The translations under genes and the position numbers were made by a program. This document shows, one piece after another, positions 1-10,980 of a stretch of DNA of 64,000 nt; position 1 is the stretch's first letter; each line of letters opens with the position of its first letter. Location: NCBI GenBank assembly GCA_965112735.1, contig OZ218957.1, positions 2,976,001-3,040,000 of the forward strand. Reading direction: 5' to 3'. Under the pieces are notes generated by a model. That model saw nothing but the letters and a program-made list of their open reading frames with translations, was not told the DNA's origin and did not search any database. This stretch comes from Phaeosaccion multiseriatum (lineage: Eukaryota; Protista; Ochrophyta, other classes).

Positions 1-889
1 GACGAGAATGGCGTGTGGGACCGCCCCCTCGGCTTGGGAGGAGTATGGGGCGGTATGGTGCGCAGGTGCGTGTATGTGTGTGAGCATGTGTCTGCGTGTG
101 TGTGTGCGTGTGTGTGCGTGTGTGTGTGTGTGTGGAGGAATAGAATGAGAGTGACAATGTAGATATATTTCCTGGATCGATCACAGGGCATGCCAACATC
201 GCTGTAACCCAACACCTCTCTCTCTCACCCCTTGACCTTCCTCGCTTCCCTCCCCCCCTCTCTCCCTCCCTTCCTCGCTCGCTCCCTCCTTCCTTCCCTC
301 CCTCCCTCAATCCCTCCCTCCCCTCAGCTGGCTGAGGGACCTGCTGCCAGACGACGCCCACTCGATATGCAAGGACAGAGTTCACCTCCTCGTCATGAGA
401 GTACGTCTATGGCCCCCTCCTTATCGGCGACTTGTAACCGACTTTGAGTCGAAAGACGACCTTATCGACGCGCTCATGGCATCTGTCCACGTGCCCTACT
501 TTATGAACAAACGCTTCTCAGCACGCTACAGAGGCAAGCGGTACCTGGATGGGTCCTTCCGGGCGAGTCGGGAGAAGCTCTCGCTCGGGCTCGGTCAAAG
601 GCACACCGCATGGTTCCATCACACGGCTGATCCCCAAGTGGACACCAAAGAGATGGGCGGGTTTTTGGCTCTCACCACGCGAGAGGGCTTGCTGCAGATG
701 AGAGGGAAGGGATATGCGTATGTGGAGAGGCTGCGAAGAGAGGGGCAGCTCGACTTCCTGCCGCAGAGGGAGGGGAGGGGCGGCGGGAACGGTGAGGGTA
801 GCAGCACGAGGAGGAGCGTGGAGGGGGGAGAGAAGGAGGAGGACCAAGCCGCAGCAGCAGGAGCAGTTGGTGATGCAGCGGCACGATGA
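1..889 (+). CDS. Patatin-like phospholipase (PNPLA type), 3' part; gene begins before the window
   Basis: Exons 1-65 and 328-889 joined at GT-AG give ...GMVRSWLRDLLPDDAHSICKDRVHLLV...VTDFESKDDLIDALMASVHVPYF...YRGKRYLDGSF. This matches the patatin C-terminal half (LPxDAH, FxSKxDLIDAL, catalytic DG). The GxSxG motif would lie upstream of the window. Confidence 0.85.
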
Positions 890-1944
890 CAGCGCGGGAG
901 GGCGAGAGAGGGAGGGGAGTCGGCCCGACCAAGCCACTGTCTGTATGATGCTTCCTCCGAAGCTCCCGCGAGCAGCAGACGACTGCCTCGGTACTGTGAG
1001 AGGCACCTCAGAGGCTCGGCCAAGGGCATGCAGGCAAAGGAAGGGAAGGGAGTGGAAAGTCGCTCTCTTTTGGCATGGCGGCAGGGTGCGCAGGCAGAAA
1101 CCGGTAGCACCACCACCACCACCACCAGGAGCATCAGCATCAGCAGCAGCGGCAGCAGCACCAGCAGCAGCAGCAGCAGCAGCAGGAGCAGGAGCAGGAG
1201 CAGCAGAGCAGCAGTAGCAGCAGCAGCAATGGCAGTGGCAGGACCAGTCACACCCGCAGCAGCAGTAGCAGTAGCAGCAGCAGCACCACCACCACGAACT
1301 CGGCTGCGGCAGCAGCAGTAGTAGTTTGTAGTACAGCAGCATGGGCGGTGGAAGCAAGACCAGGGTTGAGGCAAGGGGCACGACCTTCCCCATCCAGGAC
1401 ATAACCGTGCTGGGATAGGTCATGCCCGTATGCCCGTGCTCGGAAAGGGTGGAAGGTTTGACAGATCAAACGGGGCAGGACCCTTTGACTACGCACTGGG
1501 AAAGGAGACTAGGTCATGCCCATATGCGTAGGGCAGGGCCTTCGGCTTGGACCTGCAGTACCGCCCAGCTACCCACCCGCACGTTCATTTTTTCCCAGTC
1601 GGATGGTCCTGCCTGACTGCCTACCCCTTGGCCCGTCTTCAGGGGCTTGAGGACCACCTGTGTGCGGGGGATAGGCTCGTAGGACTGTAGGTTGTAGAGG
1701 AAATTAGATGAAGGAGGCGAAGGAGGCTGAAAAAATAAAAAAATAAAAAATGAAACAGAATTGTCATCTGTGAATTTACTGCCAACAAGCCAGAACTGAA
1801 ACTCCATTAGAGCCACCATTTTGCCAACACAAAGCGTTGGACACAAAAACACAGCCAAGACCAGCTCCATAAGGAGTGTGAGCAGCGAGAAGCAGCAGTG
1901 AGAGAAGCGTACGTTTCCTGGGTGGGAACGCCCTTCGTCGGAAC

Positions 1945-2747
1945 ATGGGGAAGAAGAGGACCGCGAAGGGGGGAGAGGCGAGTGCCGAAGGCGTGGCTCG
2001 CTCGCCGGGAACCAAAAGCAGCGGGGGGAGGCAGTACTCATCGGATGGACCGCTCTCCCAAGTAGGCAAGAAGACCATGCTATGGACGTCACTGGTGGTG
2101 GTGCTTGGCGGCATTTGGGGCGCCAAGGTGGCTTTCCTGTGGGGCGCGGGCGATGCGACTTGTTCAAGCAATTGTAATAAGAAGGGTGGACAAGATGATG
2201 CTGCTACCGATCAGAAGAGTGACGCGCTGGACTCTATGGCTAGGAACAACGGCGGCTGGGCGACTGATCCTGAGTGAGTGTGTGTGCACAACGATCCATC
2301 CCACTCAGAAGCTGATGCCTTGCCTCGTTGCTGTCTCAGTCAAGAGATTAACGCCCTGTCCCCCCCCGCCCCGCCCACCTCCTTTACCGCCTTCCTTCCT
2401 TGTGGTGCAACCCTCCCTCCCTTCCCCCCCTGCGCCGCCAATCAATCTATCCCTCTCTCATTCCATCCTCCCTACCCTCTACACAAACTCCGCACACCAC
2501 CACCAAACAACAACAGCGCTGCGTCCCTCATGGGCAGCGACACCTGCGACTTCGACCGAGTGCACTACGCAGACATCTCTGTCGAGGACTTCCAGGAGCA
2601 TTATCTCGGGCAGAAGCCGCTCCTCATCACCGGCTACCTTGATGCCAAGTGGGACGCTCGCAAGAAGAACCACTGGTCTAGGTCCAGGATGGCGGCTTTT
2701 CAGGGCGGGGTTAGTACCAAGGTAAGGCGTGTGGTCATGTGTATGTA

Positions 2748-2805
<58 letters not shown>

Positions 2806-5527
2806 GTATGTGTTGAGAGAGAGACGGGGTTGGGGGGGGTGGGAAAGGAAGAGAAAAGCAGGAGGAGAGAGAGAGGGAAGAGAGGGGGGGGGGGGAGAGG
2901 GAGAGGAAGGGCTAGAGCAGAGGAGAGAAGAACGTGAGTGGTGGGGCGAAGGGTAGAGACATTTGTCACTCGCCATCCCAATACGCTCACGCGCTCACCC
3001 CCGTCTGTCTTCCACCTTAATGCACCGACCCCCCCCCCTTCCAACCCTGTAACAACAGGTGTCCTCAGGCAGTGCCATTGTGTACAGCGGCGGCAACAGT
3101 GCGCGCTCCACGAGCCTCGGCCAATACCTAAGCGACATCAAGATGAACGCCACGCAGCAGACCATCACAGTCGGCAGCCCCCCTAGCAACTCCAAGCGCT
3201 CCACCTCGGGCAGTGCTGAGGCCGTGCCGCAGGTGTGTTCTGTTCTGTTGCACCCCTTCTTCTCCCCCTCTCCTTGTCTCTATCTCTCTTCATGTCGCTC
3301 TCCCCCCTCTGCCCGCCCCCCCCTCTCTTCCTATCTCTCTCTCTCTCTCTTTCTCTCTCAACCTCTCTCGCCATCCCGCTTCCTCTCTCTCTCACACACG
3401 CACGCCCTCCCCCCTCCCCCCCCCCTCTCTCTTCTTGGCAGGGCTCTGCGTCAGAGGGGAGCGCCAGAGACTTCAACTTCGACGTGCGCTTCTTTGACAA
3501 TAACCCCTCCCTCAAAAAGGGTACGTAACGTTACTTGTGCTTGAGTGCGTGTGTGCGTGTGTGTTAGTATGTATGTGTATATATATGTGTGTGTATGTGG
3601 TGTGCGTATGTGTGCGTGCGCGTGGATGGACAGCGGTAGAAGTGGGGGAGCCACGACCTCTGAAAGTTGTGCTCCGATGTTGGCGCTCACTCTAGTCCTT
3701 CTCTCCCTCCCTCCCTCCCTCCCTCCCTCCCACAACACCCAGACTTCGAGACCCCCGACCTCTTCACCTCCACCTTCATGCCGAAGAGCGCCACTTACCA
3801 CGGCCAAGGCTGGAACATGCTCTCCCTCGGTGCTTCTCGAAGCGGTCTTCCCTGGCATGTACACGGAGAGACATGGATTGGGCTTGTCTATGGCATCAAG
3901 CGGTGGGGTGTGTACGAGCCTGGCAACTCCCCTCCCGCCCAAGCCGAGGTCAAGGCCAAATATCACCCTATGATGGGGTCGTACGAGTGGTTCACAGAGG
4001 TCTTGCCCTTGATTGAACCCCTTGCGGCAGAAGGGAGGAAGGCGTACGACGCGGCAGGAGGAAGGCCACCTGTCGTGGAGGGGGAAGGGGCGCGAGGGCC
4101 GGGAGGGGCGGGTACGATTCGTGAGATTGGCACCACGCCGCTGCACTGCATTCAGCACGCGGGGGACATCGTCTATCTCCCGGCAGCGTTCAAGCACATG
4201 ACCATGAACGTGGGGGAGGCCATTGGAGTCGGTGGGCAGATGCAGTACGAGACGGACGTAAGGCTGAAGCATGCGTTGGACGCCTTGGAGTACTCCCCCT
4301 TCGACTTTGAGGCTCTGACCAATGCGGGGCTCACCAACGCTCATAAGATGATGTACGTGAGGGATGCGCTGAGAGAGAGGAGAGAGAGAGACGCGCAAGA
4401 GGCAGCGGATGCGATGGATGAGGAGGATGATGACTCCGAGGACGAGTCTGAGGACGAGGACGAGAGGGAGGAGGGGGAAGAGAGGCAGCCGCCACCGAAG
4501 ACCGCGGAGCAGCTTCAGTGGGAGAGGCAGCAGGAGGAGGAGTGGCACGCGTTGGCGGACACTTCCGTCGAGTTCTTTACACGGGCGGTGGCGGTGAAAC
4601 CTGGCCATCCCGAGGTGCGGCTCTTGTTGGCGGAGACCATGCAGAACGGAGGGGACATGGAGTCGGCGAGGGCGGTGGTAATGGAGCTCGTGGACATGTT
4701 GGTGACCGCTACCGAACGAGTTCCTGTGGGTGAGTAAGGGGTGGGTGGGTGGGTGCGGAGAGGGGAGGAGGCGGGGAGGAGAGGAGAGGAGAGGGGAGGG
4801 GAGAGAGGGAAGGAGGCGGGCGGGGGCTGTAGGTATGTAACCGAGTGCGCTTTCTCATGCTTTTTCGTGTTGTCAACCCCGCCAACGTCACGCCTCACAC
4901 TGTTCACCGTCCATTCTTCTTTCCTTCCTCCCTTCCTTCCCTCGCCCCTGCCGCTGCTGCCTCCGCCGTGCCGTGTCTGAACTCCCCCCCCCCCTCCACC
5001 CAACCCTCACCCACCCCCACCCTTCAGCCACAACATCAGTGGTGCTGCTGAACTGTGCGCGTTTCTTCATGACCGCCAACTTCAACCAAGAGGCCTACGA
5101 TGTTCTCAACGTCATCTTAGGGTTGGTGCATGACTACGCAGACGCTCTTGTGGACTACGGCGAGGTATCGGCTCGTCTGCAGAGGTTTGACGAGGCGGAT
5201 TTGGCGTTTGCCAAGGCGTTGTCTCTGCTGCCGCCCGGGGATACGAACTGCAAAAGTCGGCAGGCTTGGGCCCATCGGGAGAGACAGCTGCATGAGGAAG
5301 GGGGGGTGTACGAGGAGGAAGATGAGGAGGAGGATGATGATGAGGAGGAGGATGAGGAGGAGGATGGGGAGGAGGACGACGACGACGGCGAGGAGGAGGA
5401 GGAGGAGGAGGAGGAGGAGGAGGAGGAGGAGGAGGCGGAGGAGGAGGAGGAGATGGGGAAGGGGAGTATGGGGCCGTCAGCTCCGCGGGTAGCGGCGGCA
5501 GCGGCGGCAGCGGCGCTTGGCGCATAA
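1945..5527 (+). CDS. JMJD8-like JmjC/cupin protein with N-terminal hydrophobic anchor, C-terminal TPR-like repeats and acidic tail
   Basis: Six exons (1945-2272, 2517-2721, 3059-3232, 3442-3520, 3743-4729, 5028-5527) with GT-AG introns in consistent phase. Motifs CDFDRV...FQEHYLGQKPLLITG, SGLPWHVHGETWIGLVYGIKRWGVY and QHAGDIVYLPAAFKHMTMN resemble JMJD8. TPR-like helices follow (FTRAVAVKPGHPEV; AFAKALSLLP). Confidence 0.85.
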
Positions 5528-5772
5528 TGAGATTGAAGCTTTGGGCTTTGATCGTGGTGGAGCTTTTGAGAGAGGGATTGAGGAGGGGAGGTGGTGGCGC
5601 TTCTGCTGCACTGCTGCACTGCTGCTTGTCCGTCGCTGGAAGGTTTTCAAGTACATACTGAGACTGTGGGATAGTAACGGACCTGTGTTTGTTCCAGTGG
5701 GGGGCTGGAACAAGACCTATCTATATCGAATGAATGAAGAATAATACATGTGAATTAATTACGTAAAGATTT

Positions 5773-6048
5773 ACCGCGATGTCGCGGTTGAATGGCACCT
5801 TTGACGCCCTGTGATTCGAATTTGACGTCTTGATTTTTGACAATACCCTTTGACCATCTGTGATCTGACTTTTTGACCAAATTTCATCTGATGGGAACAA
5901 ATGACGTCAAAGGTGATCAAAGTGCGTCAAAGTGGGTCAAACAGTGGTTCAGAGTGGGTCAAACAGTAGGTCAGAGTGGGCAGTCAAAAGAGGGCTTAAA
6001 GTCGTATCACGGGGCGTCAAAAGTGCCATTCAACCGCGAAATCGTGGT
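5773..6048. mobile_element. MITE-like non-autonomous DNA transposon with 51-bp terminal inverted repeats
   Basis: 5773-5823 matches the reverse complement of 5998-6048 at 45/51 positions. The interior has repeated TTTGAC in the left half and GTCAAA in the right half, and no credible ORF. Confidence 0.8.
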
Positions 6049-6558
6049 GAGGCAGGAGGGACAGAGTTAATAAGAAAGGAAATGTGAGCTCTTTTTTGTA
6101 CGCATTTTTCAACTCTACACCATTATTTATCGCGTTTATAGAAAGGAAAATATTGGTTGAAGATTGTTTTTTCCCCTCCCCCTTTCGACGGTCCCCCTCG
6201 CTCCCACCCCACCATCGATCTCCCCTTCCTTCCTGCTCCCATCCACCCGCCAAGCTATGCGCCATTCGTTATCGTCGGTTCCCGTATAAAAAAAAAGCGA
6301 ATCTCGCTCATACCCAACAACGGCTTATACTTCGCCACTTCGATAGCCCACTCCGCATGTCCACTCCCTCGTTCATTGCTTGTCTCACCACTCTCCCCCT
6401 CTATCTCCGCCACCGAGAAGGGGGAAGTGGGGGGAGACGCCCGTACTCACTTGTACCAACCCACCCACCCACCCGCTCCCCCTCCTCCTCCTCCTCCTCC
6501 TCCTGCTGCTGCTGCTGCTGTCTCAATAATTCACAGAACTACCCAGATATTACAACAG

Positions 6559-8641
6559 TTAGCGCCAGTCGGTGTTCTGGCTGTAGCCCCCCGTTTGCTG
6601 CTGATACGGCGGCTGCTGCCCCCCCTGCTGCGCCATTCCAGGCTGCCCCTGCCCCTGCCCGGGTTGCCCCTGCCCCTGCTGCTGAGCACTGCCCCCGTGC
6701 TGCTGCTGCTGCGGTACGTAATGGCTTTGCTGCTGATGCCCGCCCTGCTGATGCATCATCCCTCCACCCCAGCCCTGCCCAGCCGCCGCCGCAGCGGGGT
6801 GGTGCGGTTGCTGCCCTCCTCCATAGGCCGTGTTCCACCCTCCGTGCTGCTGGCCCCGCCCGTCCCCGGCCTGGTCCATACCGCCGTAGCTGCTCTGCCC
6901 CTGCGCATGTTGGTCATACATGGCAGACACTCCGCCCTGCTGCCCCCCGGGGGCTACCACCTGGCCTGCCCCGCCCCCCTGGGGCTTGCCGCCATCGGAG
7001 CCCCCACCCACCCCTCCGGGAACACCGGGGACACCCCCGGACCCCCCTCCCCCTGCTCCTGCTCCTGCCTGTTGGCCCACTCCACCAACGCCACCAATGC
7101 CCATGGGACCGGCCCCTCCCGCCCCACCTGCCCCTGGCTGTGGCATGCCTTGCCCGCCTCCTGGCTGCTGCTGCATGGCGCCAAAGTCGTGCTGCTGTGC
7201 GGCATGCTGTTGACCATACTGACTCTGCTGCGGCTGCCCAGCATGCCCGGCATGCTGCTGCTGCTGCCCATAGGCGTCCATCCCGCCCGCTCCTGGCGCT
7301 CCATACATGCTCATGCTAGCAGCGCTGTAGCCCGTCGGGTCCGCATACCCCCTTGGCATGTGCTGCTGCTGCTGTCCGGCGTGCTGCTGCTGTTGTCCAT
7401 ACCCTCCTCGCCCTCCTGCCTGGTAGCCCCCCTGCTGGGTGGGGTACTGAGGAGGGTAAAAGTACGGCGCCGCCTGCTGGGAGTAGTACATGCCGCTGTT
7501 GTACGGCGTCTGTTGCGAGTAGCTCGGGTAGCCCCCGGGCTGCTGCGGCTGCTGCTGCATACCTCCTCCCTGCGGGTTACCGTAGCCCTGCTGGGGCTGT
7601 TGTGCCTGCTGCTGCGCTTGCTGTTGAGCCTGCTGGTGCTGGGGTCCACCCCCTCCTCCGCTGCTCGTTCCGTACTTGTTACCATGGAAGCCTCCGCTGT
7701 AGCCTCCGCCCCCTCCTTGGTGCTTGTTCTTGCCTCCCCCCCCTCCTCCTCCTCCTCCCCCTCCTCCTCCTCCTCCTCCTCCTCCTCCTCCCCCTCCTCC
7801 TCCGCTTCCCCCTCCTCCCCCGCCCTGCTGCGAGTGGTCTGAGTGCTTATCATTCGAAGACGACCCTCCCCCCTGGGAAGAACCCTTTCCAGACGATTGG
7901 CTTGCCCCTTGCTGCGCCTGGGGAGCCGGAGTCGACTGCGCAGCCTGGGCCGCCTGAGCTGCTGCTGCCGCCGATGCCGCTGCCGCTGCCGAAGCAGCCG
8001 CCGCCGCCTGCTGCTGCTGCTGCTGCTGCTGCTGTGCCTGCTGCTGCTGCTGGGCCTGTGCCTGGGCAGCGGCAACTTGCTGCTGCCTCTTGTCAATCTC
8101 CGCCTCGAGCTCGTGCACTTGCTTGACATTGGTGAGGGGAGGCAGGCCCGGGGGAGGCCCTGCACCTCCACTTCCTCCTCCAGCTCCTCCACCTCCGCTG
8201 GCCGGGGTTGAGGCGCTGCTTGCATTGTACGCCTGCTTGCTCGAGCCCCCTCCCCCTCCTGCGGCTCCTCCTCCTCCCGAGGGGGTGTTACCAGCCGCGA
8301 GAGTGGACAGCACGCTGCTGCTGCTGCTGGAGCCGTCCGTCGCGGCTTTATCATCCTTTGTACTCTTATCCTCCCCTCCTCCCCACGCGCTCGTCTCCCC
8401 GCCAGTGGAAGCGCCCCACCGCCCTCCTGCCTGCTGTTGCTGTGGGGTCGTTGTCTGTTGTTGCTTTTGCGGCTGCTGCTTCTGCTGCTGTTGCTGTTGC
8501 GGTGCCACACCCTGCTGGGCACTGCTGCTGCTGCTGCTGTCGTCCGCGAAGGACCCAAAGCTACCAAAGCCGAAGCTCGTGTCTCCACCGCTGCCCAATG
8601 AGTTCCACTTGCCCATGCTCAAGCCCTCTTGCTCGGGCACT

Positions 8642-8677
<36 letters not shown>

Positions 8678-8705
8678 GCTTGCTGTGTCTGTTGGGGCTG
8701 CTGTG

Positions 8706-8738
<33 letters not shown>

Positions 8739-10580
8739 GTTGCTTGTGCTCCACCTGCTGCTGGTACAAAGGCTGCTCTGCAAGCACCTGCTCCGGCTGC
8801 TGCGGCTGGCGGGGAGAGGCCGACAACGGAGCGGACGCCAGAGGCGAGGTCATTCCCCCCGCCGCTAATGGTGAGGGCGGCACACTCAAGTCTTCCTCTT
8901 GCTGCGCAGAGGCGGAAGGAGTGCCGGTTGTTGCTCCTGTTGGTGATACAGCGGCTGGCGCAGCAGCTGGGGTGGACGCAGCGGCAGGCGCTGGGATGGC
9001 GGCAGGTGGCGCTGGTGGTTGAATAGGCTTTCCACGGATAATAGTCGAGCTTCCTCGGCTCCACGCGGAGGTGGTGGGGAGAACGGGAATTGCAGCAGCG
9101 GCCTCCGCGGCCTCTTGGGCAGCCTTCGCCTCTTTCGACTGTCCTCCTCCGCCTCCTCCTCGGCCCTTGGGAGAAGGTTGCCGCTGTGTGGGTGCTTGTT
9201 GTTGTTGTTGTTGATGACTCCCCCCAGTAGCTGCTTTTGGTGAGGAAGAAGCAGTCGTCGCCACCACTGGTTGCTGCTCTGCCTCCACTCCTCCCCACCC
9301 CCCTGCCTCTCCCCCAGATGCCGCACTCGAATCCCAGCCCCCTTCTGAGGACTGAGTAGCAGAAGCAGAAGCAGGTGTAGGAGCAGCAGCGGACGGAGTA
9401 GCGGTACTTGCAGCCACCATTGGGGAAGCAGCAGCAGACGCCCAGGACTTGCCGGCCGCCGCTGCCCAGCTGCCCTGCGCCGGAGCGGATGTGGTGGGGG
9501 CTGCTGGAGTTGTTGATGACGCCCCGCCTCCTCCTACCGACCGACTTGAGCCGTCCGATGGCGCGACACCAGCGGCAGCGGCATCTCCTCCTCCTCCGGC
9601 GACAGGGGTCGCACCTGCCCCCGGTGCTCCCCACGCCTTGGCAGGCGCAGCAGCTACGGTTCTCGGCTGCTGCTGATATGACTGCTGCTGCTGCTGCCCC
9701 TGTCCACCGGGAGGCCCTAACCCGCGGCCCCCGGGGCGACCTCCGCCTCTGCCTCCTCCTCCCTCACCGCCTTCGTACCGCCCGCCGCCCGAGGAAGGAG
9801 GCGCACTCCGCCCCCTGCCGGCAGATCCATAGCCTCGAGCCCCCCCGCGCCCTCCCGCAGCGTCCCCGTCGATCCTCACGCCTTGCATTTTGTCATTGAG
9901 GCCTCGTCCTCCTCGGGAATCGGACCTTCCTCCTCCTCTTCCACCTCCACCGCCGCCGCCGCTCTCCTTCTTGACAGTCTTGCCCTTCTTCGCGGATCCC
10001 TTGGTCTCCCACACCATGCCTGCGTCGTCCTCCCACCACTTCTCAATCTGCTGCGTTATCTTGTCATGGTCCTTGTTATTTTCCCTCCAGGCGTCTTCAA
10101 TCTCGTCGTTCGAGATGCCCTCTGGGCAGAGGTCTCGGTACTGAATGGTTTTTATCAAAACAACCGACCAGCAGGAAAGCAACAAAAACAGAGGTAAGTA
10201 GTAGCGGTGAGGGTGAGGTGGCCGATTGCGAGAGCTGAGTCCGTCGTCGAGAACAGCGCGCTGCGGAGAAGGTGATTTTCAACCCACAACGGACCAACCA
10301 GTAAGCACCAGCAGAGTTCGCAAGCGACAGAAGCCGGTACAGTACAGAGGAACACACATTCCTGCCATCGACCTCGCTCACAGGCAAGGCATCCACCATC
10401 CCCTCCCCCTTTCCTCATCCCCGCTCCACCTGCCACCTCCACCTCCCGAAGATACTCCCCACCGAGGAACAAGCTCGACTACAGCAACTGTACCTTCAGA
10501 ATAGCCCTGGAGGCCTCGGGGTTACTGCCGATGTGCCGCCCACCATTGGGCTGCCGCTGCTGCGGCCTGACGGAAGCCAT
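6559..10580 (-). CDS. UBAP2/UBAP2L/Lingerer (Def1)-like protein: UBA/CUE-like N-terminus, RGG region, FGxF motif, Q/G/Y-rich tail
   Basis: Exon 1 10580-10494 (MASVRPQQ...RAILK, GT donor) joins in phase 0 to exon 2 10140-6559 (YRDLCPEGISNDEIEDAWRENNKDHDKITQQIEKWWEDDAGMVWETKGSAKK). This gives a three-helix UBA/CUE-like unit followed by the WxxxxxxKK motif, RGG repeats, DTSFGFGSFGSF and a prion-like C-terminus. Confidence 0.7.
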
Positions 10581-10980
10581 GCGCGCCGCAAAGTCGCTCA
10601 GTCGTTCAAGTCTTGACCCGTCAAAATTGAACAAAACAATTCAAAGGCTCCCACGGCAACCACCCAAGCTCCCTATTCCCCTGCTAAAACCGCGGCTGCT
10701 CCGCCCCCCCTGCTCCACACCAGTACCCCTCCTTCTTACTCCGTTCCTTTATACACACACTATCCTCTCGTTCAAGTCCGCGACTTCTTCCTCGCCCACC
10801 ACAAGCCCAGCGAGGGAAAACCCCGGTGGGACACCTTTACTCTTACCAGGAAAGACAACACTTTGCAGAGGAGAGAGATAGCAGAGAGAAATAAAAGAGG
10901 AAGCAAGACGCTGAGGAAGAGAAAGAGGGGGACATTTAATTTGTTTTAATTCGAAGAAGGGAGGGGGCTTGTTGTCCACC

